From Octopus vulgaris (lineage: Eukaryota), in the NCBI GenBank assembly GCA_951406725.2, contig OX597825.1, positions 69,750,001 to 69,814,000 on the forward strand: a stretch of DNA of 64,000 nucleotides. The letters run 5' to 3'. Below, piece after piece: positions 53,140 to 64,000 of the stretch. Position numbers and translations under genes: made by a program. Under the pieces are notes generated by a model. It saw only the letters and a program-made list of their open reading frames with translations, did not search any database and had not been told where the DNA came from. Numbering within the stretch: position 1 is the first letter of the stretch; each line of letters begins with the position of its first letter.

Positions 53140-54857
53140 TCTATAAATATAAGTGTTCCAAAATCTAAGTGTGAAAAACCCTGCAAAAACTGGTGAACGT
53201 AATGGAATCTTTACATTCACCAGTTAGATAGATGGCCATAGATAGATAGATGGCCATTAAATGAAAATGGCCATCTATCTATCATACTAAATGTATATAT
53301 ACCGTTGAAACGGAAGTTTCTGTTGAGTTTTTTCTGAGAGAAAACTTTTTGATAGTTATGCTTGTCAATTAATCTAACCTCTGAGCTTCATTCGTGGTTT
53401 TTACAACCGTCTTTATACATTGTTATCTCCTATAATACCAGTAAACATATCGGAGGTTCCTCTACTGCTTATAAAGCTTAATAAATCATACACTGTCTGA
53501 TATGTGTTTCCACAGCCATAACTTTACTTTCGCTCACCCATAATCCTATTTGATACTAAACATGCAAGCACTAATATATTTGTATTTCTGATATAACTAC
53601 GATAGTTTATAAGAGTAGAATCACAAAACTTTCCAAATAAAATGTTATTAACTCGAAGAGGTGCCATTTAACTTGAATCTCTATCAGTTTCTGCAATCAT
53701 TAAACGTGTACTTATTTAACCTAGGCATTAACTATAATTTTCAAACCATGATAATATCAGGTAGAAAGTAAATTACTTTATGATACTAATCACATAATGA
53801 ACCTACTTTTTGTTATTACTAAACTTTCATTATTGACATTATACACGTCCTCATAGCACCTGTAATTAAATAAAGATATTCAGATTTCAAACATTTTGTG
53901 TTGGTGAGCGAATCGAAAGCGAGTTCGTCGGTATTTAATTAGAATCTGTGCAAAATTTAATGGGATTAAAGTGAAATCGTTTGGCAGAATGTTTATACAA
54001 TGAATGACGCATGGAAGAATGTAATGTATTTAATTCTAATGAATAATTATTTAAGAATTTACTGGGAGGAATATAAATTTACATTTTCCATAAAAAACCT
54101 CTCGTTATATGTGTGTTTATGTGTGTGTGCATGTGTAGGGCACTAGACTAAAAGCATTAAAAGCATTGAGGTATTGCCTATCGTTCATTCACATGTAAAC
54201 CGCAGGGGAGTAAACTGACAATGTTGTTCACCACGGATTATTTACTTCGGTTTCCTGTACTTTGAGTTCGAATTATGCCGACGTCTAGTTGACTTTTATC
54301 TTTCGGCACCCATATAATAAAAGCGTCAGCTAGAATGTCAATTTGAAGTATGTTAAGCGTCAGATGAGCCGCTATTTAGTATTTGGACGCGTCTGAAAGG
54401 ATTAGAGACAAACACTTTCCTTTCTGGTCAATCTCTCATCAACTTCAAGTATCACTTGAAAAGGAAAGTTAGAGTAGAGAGGCAAGCTTTGTCTCGCGAA
54501 TGTTTCAAAACAAGATGGGTGAATGTAGCAAGGATGGCACGTATGAATGACGAAGCCACCTTGAAATTTTAAACAGAGTTACTAACTTGCAAATAAATGT
54601 GTTAACATGTGACATTATTGACCGAGGTTACCTTGGCCTTTTCCGTAGGCTTTTCTTTCTGCGGATAAAACTTATCTGCTTCCCCCTTTACAATTTACAT
54701 CATGACATTTCTGTGATACACGATCCCTATTGATCGTTTTTTTTTACAATCCCTTTTGATCGAAATCCTACCCACCACTTTTCCCCACCAAAAAGAAAAG
54801 CACTACTTTGTAATTTATCCCCTCTGTGTTCAGCCCTGCGTGGCTAATAAAGAAACA

Positions 54858-54952
<95 letters not shown>

Positions 54953-55122
54953 GTCTGTCTGTCTGTCTGTCTATTTATCTATCTACTTACCTATCTACTT
55001 ATCTACCTACTTGTCTACATACCTACCTACCTATTTGCTTGCTTATCGTCTTACCTTCCTCCTTCACTTCATCCCTCCCCCCTCCCTACCTACCTACCTA
55101 CCTAACTACCTACTTAACTACC
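54858..55122. repeat. (TATC)n/(TACC)n tetranucleotide microsatellite
   Basis: Direct reading; source of the YLSI-repeat ORFs. Confidence 0.95.
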
Positions 55123-55370
55123 TAATTAACAAGGTAACTAACAATACGATGGACTACCACATAGCCTCCATCTACCAACTTCACTCACAAAATATGCATT
55201 TGCTCTAAGTGCTGTGCAGTTGAATGCAACCAAAACAACATATAAAACTACCATCTTGACCACCCTGCCATGGTTGCACCTATACACCTATACTTACACA
55301 TACAACACACACACTAACATACAAAAGCACACACATATATATATTACATATACATATACATTGTTGTAAA

Positions 55371-55743
55371 CTAGGGACGGTCATTAAGCGAATTATAATT
55401 ACACATACGCACTGATTCAATTACAGTCCTTTATACTTAGTCAATTGGTTAGCTGTCTAGCAAACAAACTTATCGAATGTTTGTTTCATTTGTTAGTTAA
55501 ACAAGCGATCAGTTATTTGTCAAAGGTCTTTCATCGCTATTCTGAACAGACCCGGAGGAGGGAAGACATGTCATTGATAAGGTCATGAATACCAATGAAA
55601 GAACTTTCACAGACAACTGCTCAACACTTTAACCTACAGATTAAACAAACGTTCGATTAGTTAGTTGGTGAGGCCACGGACCGATTGACTAATAATGAAG
55701 GAATGAGACTGAACTATTGTGTGCGTTTATTGACCCTTCCTAG
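55371..55743. mobile_element. Old foldback/MITE-like element (long imperfect palindrome)
   Basis: Three nested complementary arm pairs, e.g. cagttatttgtcaaaggtctttcat versus atgaaagaactttcacagacaactg. Confidence 0.65.
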
Positions 55744-56047
55744 ATACAACAAGATTTGTTTCAACACGAGATCACATCAATGGTCTTGTGAACCAAATAC
55801 AAAACGAAATGTATACGTATATACGTACGAACATACGTACTCCACTCCACACAGACACACACACACACACATATATATACATATGTATATATATATAGGT
55901 GTATATATATGTGAGTGTATCTGTATTTGTGTGGCTATATAAATATGTGTGTGTATATTTATATGTATATATATATATGTATGTACATCTTTATATATAT
56001 ACATATATATATATAAAAATATATATATGTATACGTATATATATATA

Positions 56048-56159
<112 letters not shown>

Positions 56160-56521
56160 ATATTGACGTATTTGTGAATATCTATGTAGATGCGTACTTC
56201 ATCCATTTTTATAGATATACAAATATATAAATATCATTAATGTGACATTTCATATACAAATACAAATAGAGTGATTACCATTCATACGAAAAATACAAAT
56301 CACAAGAGAGCTATTTCGGCAATAATAATACAGTATATCATAGTTAAACATTTATTTTCAGAAAGAGATAGAGCTTAAATAACTTCAATAAACGCAGTAA
56401 AAGAGAAGCATGAATTAATACTCAATGAAAGATGTTATGTGACACCACATATGGGAACAAGACTGTAATTTATTGTCTGAATGTTGTGTTTTGTATTAAG
56501 CGATTAATTGTACATTCTAAT

Positions 56522-56832
<311 letters not shown>

Positions 56833-57066
56833 ATATATATATATATATATATATACATACAAATGTGTGTGTGCGTGAGGGCGTCCATGTGTATGTCTTA
56901 ATTTCGTATTTTCGAGTGTAAGCTTGACCTTTAATACCAGCGTGTAGATGCTGATTCTTTTGATATGTGCGGCCACACTTTTTCTGTAGATTACAACTAT
57001 CTGGGAGTCTGTCAATCTGTACTGAATATGTAGCTCTCTCTCTCCCTCACCCTATGCATGTATCTA

Positions 57067-57121
<55 letters not shown>

Positions 57122-57125
57122 CTAA

Positions 57126-57217
<92 letters not shown>

Positions 57218-57244
57218 GTCTGTCTGTCTCTCTGTCTCTCTCCC

Positions 57245-59431
57245 GTCTGTCTTGATAGACAATGGGTCGCGCCAAGGGTGGGGCCTACTTTGATGATGAG
57301 CAGCGTCTGCTGTGACTGAACAGTCCAATTCCAGAGTGGCAGTCCCTGGTACAGTTGCTGCACACGAACATCGATGGGTACGTGTGGGGTGTTGCTGCAG
57401 TTGTCCTCCTCCTGTCCCGCCTGTCCGACCGCAGCTGTGCTCTCCTTTCCTCAGCCATGGAAACACCTTTCCTCACTGTCCGACGCCAGGCAGAGCGGTC
57501 AGCAGCTGTTACCTCCCACGTGTCCACACAGATGTTGGCAGTCCTCAGGTGGCGCTTGCACACATCCCTGTATCGTAGCTGTGGACGTCCCTTGGGTCGG
57601 GATCCCGTGGTGAGTTCGCTGTACAGGCATGCGACCGTCCTGCATGCGGAGGACGTGTCCGAGCCAGCGCAGTCTTCTCCGCACGAGGAGGGCATGCATG
57701 CTTGGCATATTAGTCTGTTTTAGGATGACTCCGTTTGGTACTCGGTCCTTCGAGGAGATGCCAAGGATCCGTCGAAAACACCGCATGTGGAAGCCGCTGA
57801 GGCGGCATTCTTGCCGGGTGTATGTTGTCCAGCTCTCGCTGCCGTAGAGTAGGGTGCTCAGCACGCAGGCTCGGTACACTGCGATCTTGGTGGTTATTGT
57901 GAGCATGTTGTTTTCCCACACTCTCCTGGAGAGCTTAGCCATGGCAGCAGCAGCCTTCCCAATCCGTCTGTTCAGCTCCGGCTCGAGGGACAGGCTGCTG
58001 GAGACCGTCGATCCCAGGTAAGTGAACACGTTCACCACCTGCAAGCTGTGGTCGCCGACACTGATGCTGGGGACCCCTCCGACGTCCTGGCCCATGATCT
58101 CTGTCTTTTTCAGGCCGATGATAAGGCCGAACTCTTGGCAGGCATCCGCCAGGGAGCTGACCAGCCTCTGGAGACCCGGCTGGTTGTGTGATGTTAGGGC
58201 GGCATCGTCAGCAAAGAGGATCTCTCTGATCAGCACCTGACGGACTTTGGTCTTAGCTCTGAGGCGCGCAAGATTGAACAATTCACCATCAGCCCTGGTG
58301 TGGAGGAACACTCCGTTGTCGGACGTTCTGAAGGCATAGGACAGGACAAGGGAGAAGAAAATTCCGAAGAGCGTCGGCGCCAGAACGCAACATTGTTTCA
58401 CTCCACTCTGCATGGGGAACGACTCCGAGGGCGATCCGTCAAACTGCACTGTTCCCATCGTGAAAGGAAACATACCGTCGTAAAAGGAGGTGATGAGTTT
58501 CAGCAGTCTGGGAGGGCAACCTATCCTACCCAGGAGCGCAAACAGCCCCTCCCTGCTGACTGAGTCGAACGCCTTAGCCAGGTCGATGAAGGCCACGTAT
58601 AGGGGCTGTCTCTGTTCTCGACTCTTTTCTTGAAGCTGCCTGAGTGAGAAGATCATGTCGATTGTAGACCTCTCTGCCCTAAAGCCAGACTGAGACTCGG
58701 GGTACACACGCTCTGCAAGCATTTGCAACCTCTTCAGGACCACCCTGACAAATGCCTTACCGACAGTGCTGAGCAGTGATATGCCCCTGTAATTATTACA
58801 GTCGCTTCTGTCCCCTTTGTTTTTATACAGTGTGATGATGTTTGTGTCACGCATATCCTTAGGGACAGAGCCCTCCTCCCAGCACTGATAGAGCAGCTCG
58901 TGGAGATGGCCCAGAAGGGCTGGCTTCCCGCACTGGATGACTTCTGCGGGGATGCCGTCTTGCCCTGGTGCCTTGCCCCGAGCGAGTGAGTCAATTGCTT
59001 TGCTCAGTTCTTCCTTTGTTGGAGGCAGGTCAAGCTCCTCCATGACAGGCAGAGCAGGAATGCCGGCGAGGGCAGACCTGGTGACCACATTCTCAGTGGA
59101 GTAGAGGTTCTGGTAATGCTCGACCCACCTCTCCATCTGCTTCGCTTGGTCCTTGATGACCTCGCCATCCCTGGACTTCAGTGGAGCAACCTTGCTGACA
59201 GTGGGCCCGAATGCTTTCTTTATCCCCTCGTACATCCCTTTCAGGTTACCACTGTCAGCACAGCACTGGATGTTCTGGCATAAGTTCTGCCAGTAGATGT
59301 TGGCGCAACGTCTGGCCGTCCTCTGGGCGTCGCTTCTGGCTGTTCTCAGAGTAGCCAGGTTCTTTTCTGATGGGTCGCGCTTATAGTTGACCAGTGCTTC
59401 CCTCTTGGCAGCAATGACAGGCTCCATCTCA
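57245..59431 (-). mobile_element. RTE-clade LINE, 5'-truncated, near-intact RT ORF with one frameshift near 57630
   Basis: KAPGQDGIPAE, NYRGISLLS, AFIDLAKAFDSV, LFADD, FTYLGS, RLRWLGHV; the second frame continues LYSEL..GSRPKGRPQLRY to a C-terminal Cys/His motif; short 3' UTR into a microsatellite. Confidence 0.95.
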
Positions 59432-59577
59432 GGCAGGTGAGCTTCTGCCTGTCTGTCTATATATATATATATATATATAAAACATATGTACGTATATTTT
59501 CATAGGTATATAAATGTCCGCATATATGTGTGGTTGTATATGTATATGTGTGTGCGTGTTTATGTATACATATCGTG

Positions 59578-59952
59578 GCACTCCGTCGGTTACGATGACG
59601 AGGGTTCCAGTTGATCCGATCAACGAGACAGCCTGCTCGTGAAATTAACGTGCAAGTAGGTGAGCACTCCACAGCCCCCTGTACCCGTAATGTAGTTCTC
59701 GGGGAGTTTCAGCGTGACACAAAGTGTGACAAGGCTGGCCCTTTGAAATACAGTTAAACCAGAAACAAGAAGAAAGAGTGAAATTTGAGGTGAAAGAGTA
59801 CAGCAGGGTCCGCCACGACCCCGCTCCCCTGCCGGAGCCTCGTGGAGCTTCAGATGTTTTCGCTTAATAAGCACTCGCAACGCCTGGTTTGGGAATCGAA
59901 TCCGCGCTCCTACGACTGTGAGTCCGCTGCCCTAACCACTGGGCTATTACTC
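59578..59952 (-). mobile_element. tRNA-derived SINE family A, more diverged copy
   Basis: Colinear with 305-686. Confidence 0.88.
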
Positions 59953-60348
59953 CTTCACACACACACGGACACACACAAACACACGCACACACATATATGC
60001 ACAGTCCGTGTTTGTGTGCTGTATGTGTGTGTGCGTGCGCGTCTGTGTGTGCAGCAGGCTCTTGTGCACAACGTTGTAAATTAAGCATTTAGAATTGTTT
60101 GAACATGTATAGTATGTTTGAGGCATATCTGACCTGGCAAAATGCAGTTTTCCCAGCGGTTTATTATGAAGAATATTCTGGCTTTGAGTGATAGGTTTCA
60201 AAGCCTGAAAATTCATGTTTTGGGGTTTTGCTGGAATGATTAGTGCAGTCTCGTGTTCCACAAGAGAGACAATACCGAAGTAAATCGAAGTTGGTTATAC
60301 CTGCCTTACAGAAAGCCTATGTCTCAAACTGATTGTAACTGATCCGTA

Positions 60349-60442
60349 TATAGGAGTGGTTCTGTGGTAAGTGGCTTTTTTACTAACCACATGGTTCCTG
60401 GTTCAGTCCCACTGCGTGGCACTGTGTGCAAGTGTCTTCTAC

Positions 60443-60483
<41 letters not shown>

Positions 60484-60688
60484 ATTTGTATGTCTGTGTT
60501 TTCCCTCCAACATCGCTTGACAACCGATGCTGGTGTGTTTATGTACCCGTAACATAGCGGTTAGAACCGATAGAATAAGTACTAGGCTTACAAAGAATAA
60601 GTCCTGGGGTCGATTTGTTCGACTAAAGGCGGTGCTCCAGAATGGCCGCAGTCAAATGACTGAAACAAGTATAGAATAAAACAATAAA
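60349..60688 (+). mobile_element. SINE family C with internal deletion
   Basis: Head and tail match 2560-2993. Confidence 0.85.
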
Positions 60689-60853
60689 ACACACATATGA
60701 ATATGAGACGATCGATCTTCAATCAGCGGCTCATGAAGGAAGATGCAGGTGGTTGGTAAAATTTTCCTTTGTCTAAAGGCACAAGGGCTGAAATTTGTGG
60801 AGTGGTTGATAGTTAATTACATCGACCCCTGTCCTCGATTGTTGCTTGTATTA

Positions 60854-61823
60854 AGGCGGTGAGCTGGCTCAATCGTTAGCACGCCGGGCGAAATGCTCAG
60901 CGGTATTTCGTCTGCCCATACATTCTGAGTTCAAATTCCGGCGAGGTCGACTTTGTCTTTCATCCTTTCGGGATCCATAAATTAAGGACCAGTTACGCAC
61001 TGGGGTCGATGTAATCGACTTAATACCTATGTCTGTCCTTGTTTGTCGTCTCTGTGTTTAGCCCCTTGTGGGTAGTAAAGAAATAGGTACTTCGTCTGCC
61101 GCTACGTTCTGAGTTCAAATTCCTCCGAGGTCAACTTTGCCTTTCATCCTTTCGGGGTCCATAAATTAAGGACCAGTTTAGCACTGGGTTCGATGTAATC
61201 GACTTAATCCGTTTGTCTGTCCTTGTTTGTCGTCTCTGTGTTTAGCCCCTTGTAGGTAGTAAAGAAATACGTATTTCGTCTGCCGCTACGTTCTGAGTTC
61301 AAATTCCGGCGAGGTCGACTTTGCCTTTCATCCTTTCGGGGTCCATGAATTAAGTACCAGTTACGCACTGGGGTCGATGTAATCGGACTTAATCCGTTTG
61401 TCTGTCCTTGTTTGTCGTCTCTGTGTTTAGCCCCTTGTGGGTAGTAAAGAAATAGGTATTTCCTCTGCCGCTACGTTCTGAGTTCAAATTCCGGCGAGGT
61501 CGACTTTGCCTTTCATCCTTTCGGGGTCCATGAATTAAGGACCAGTTACGCACTGGGGTCGATGTAATCGACTTAATCCGTTTGTCTGTCCTTGTTTGTC
61601 GTCTCTGTGTTTAGCCCCTTGTGGGCAGCAAAGAAATAGGTATTTCGTCTGCCGCTACGTTCTGAGTTCAAATTCCGCCGAGGTCGACTTTGCCTTTCAT
61701 CCTTTCGGGGTCCATGAATTAAGTACCAGTTACGCACTGGGGTCGATGTAATCGACTTAATCCGTTTGTCTGTCCTTGTTTGTCCTCTCTGAGTTTATCC
61801 CCTTGTGGGTAGTAAAGAAATAG
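60854..61823 (+). mobile_element. SINE family B pentamer: 49-bp head plus five 184-bp units within one TSD
   Basis: Units start at 60903, 61087, 61271, 61456 and 61640; TSD attgttgSttgtatta at 60838-60853 and 61824-61839. Confidence 0.92.
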
Positions 61824-61889
61824 ATTGTTGGTTGTATTATCCACCACGAAAGAAAAAAAAAAGGTAAAATCTACAACGGCAGAATATGG

Positions 61890-62072
61890 CTTGATATTTT
61901 GGGGGCAGTGGAGAGAGAGAGAGACACTTGATTACTTAGAGTCTATTACTTGACTGGTACTTATTTTATCGACCTGGAACGGGTGAAAGGTAAAGTTAAC
62001 CTCAAAGGCACAAAAGAAATGCCGCTAGACATTTTATCCAACGCACTACCGGTTTTGCCAGCTCGCCGACTT
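61890..62072 (-). mobile_element. SINE family B, degenerate
   Basis: gactggtacttattttatcgacctggaacgggtgaaaggtaaagttaacctc...tgccagctcgccgac. Confidence 0.7.
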
Positions 62073-62752
62073 AGTTCCAGATAGAATTACGATGAATAAT
62101 CAAATTCTATATTGAGAAAGACAAAGGAAGAGGGAGAGATAGAGAAAGAAAATCCCATAGAGCGAATTCCCAGTGCTGTCATATTTTCTCAACAAGAAAA
62201 TATTATATAGCTCGGAGGAGACTCGTTAATCTTATGAACAATAAATTCTATACGCGTTTTCTATCATCGTCTGTAATTATTTAACATAGCTTTAAGATAT
62301 ATATTCATTATTTCTTGAAATCATTTCCCATTTTACTTGAGGATTTCAAAAGCTTTATTTTGTTTATATTATCCAGCTAAAAGAGAAATATCACTTAATT
62401 ATTAATTCATCCCGTACACCGTTCTCTATGTCAGTACTCAATCCAAATTCGTGCCTTTTTTTTCTTATTTCAATTACTTCTCTTGTCTCAGTTTAATTGC
62501 AGTTATTGAACCTTGTGATATTTCTCGAATGAACTTTCGTAGCACGATCCAAATGAAATCCTATGTTGCCTCACAGCATGTCGACAATATTAGCTACATT
62601 TCCATTAAAATGTATCCTAATGATTGAAGTATAAAAAGAACATTTTCGAGAGTGATGTTCGCGGACACAATGCCTTTGCTCAGAGATATGCACAGTATGG
62701 AAGCTGACCTTGAAGGAAAGCAGTATCAACAATAATTTTAGCATTAAAGGAT

Positions 62753-62855
<103 letters not shown>

Positions 62856-62879
62856 TAGATATATACATAGATATATATA

Positions 62880-63095
62880 AGGCGGTGAGTTGGCAGACTC
62901 GTTAGCATCCCGGCGAAATGCTTAATTGTGTTTTGTCTGCCGCTGCGTTCTGAGTTCGAATTCCGTCGACGTCGACTCTGCCTTTCACCCTTTCGAGGTC
63001 GATAAATTAAATACCAGTTAAGTACTGGGCTCGATGCGATCGACTTACCTCTTCCTCCAAAATTTTTGGCCTTGTGTCTATAGCAGAAAAGATTA
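62880..63095 (+). mobile_element. SINE family B monomer, alternative tail
   Basis: aggcggtgagttggcagactcgttagc...ctttcgaggtcgataaattaaataccag. Confidence 0.82.
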
Positions 63096-64000
63096 AAGGA
63101 TACATATGCTGTCTCTTTTCGTTTCCTTAACATACTATAAACAATGGCAGATTAGGAGAACATATAGAGCAAAAGATAAAATAGCCGACAAGGATTAATA
63201 ACGTGTCAGTCAATATTTCTTCGGGTAAGAATTACGCTGTTGTATGTTTTGAGTTCAAATCACACCGAGTTTCATTTGATACTCATTTTTCATCATCATC
63301 AACCCAGGACATTACTGTCTCGATTCCCAGTTTACATAGGGCCGGATGTCTAATTTCTATCGTGTATAAGCGACTGAAATCGGAACAAATTCCCTGAACG
63401 GGAAGCCAGTGGGTAGCATAGTTATTCATTTACAGTCGGGTGGACTGGAGTAAAATGAAACGGAGTGTTTTGCTCAAGAACTCAACACACCGCCTGGTCT
63501 GTTGCAGGAACGGAAACCACAATGTTATTCTTGTGTGTTCAATACTTTAACTACCAGGCCAACACCTTCGCATTCTTCTCATGCATCCGGGGTAGATACA
63601 ATACTTTCCAACCAAGTACTGGTGTTCATGCGATAGAGTACTTTCGTATCTTGAGTAGATATTATTGCTATAACAGCAATTCAGTGTGTGTGGGAGCAGG
63701 ACATATACTAATGAAATACTTTTATATCCCCTCCCCAAATTTACGAACACGTACTTGTTCAAGAAATTGAATTATATCCTCAGTCTAGTTGTATGTAGCT
63801 GAACCGAGTTAATCCATGAACCAACTGGTTTTCACATTCATAACCAACGCAAGGCCCTAATTAACATCGGTCACCGTGATAGATATAGCAGTTAAATCTT
63901 CCACGAATTAAACCTTATCATCTAATGATAATCAGTAGTTGATACTTCAGAATGAACCTTCTGAAACACTTGAGTTTTATACACTGTTTATAAAAATAAT

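Noticed and set aside
57312-58563. Plus-strand ORFs overlapping the RTE element
   Set aside because: Antisense shadows of a GC-rich coding sequence
60903-61823. CRISPR-like or hammerhead retrozyme array
   Set aside because: No unique spacers, and no CUGANGA/GAAA core on either strand; the units are SINE bodies

Overview
AT-rich, microsatellite-saturated animal genomic DNA. The SINE repertoire looks like octopus (inference from repeat content). There are no prokaryotic features, and almost all listed ORFs are (TA)n/(CA)n/(TAGA)n artefacts. The only host-gene sequence I recognise is one 145-nt + strand exon (12282-12426, missed by the ORF track) of a class C GPCR, closest to the mGluR-like mangetout/mXR group, so most of the window is probably intron. 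The rest is mobile DNA: at least five SINE families, non-autonomous Helitron-like elements, two maT (DD37D) relics, a GC-rich near-intact RTE LINE, R4/Dong relics and a Penelope RT relic. The main hidden signal is ten type I hammerhead-ribozyme motifs from about six unrelated non-coding families, mostly inserted at (TA)n tracts, with Penelope-like direct or inverted terminal redundancy. One family joins a tRNA-derived Pol III head to a hammerhead. A second signal is a SINE that repeatedly forms exact 184-bp head-to-tail multimers through one fixed junction, including a pentamer inside a single TSD. All structures were folded by eye and coordinates of decayed repeats are approximate.
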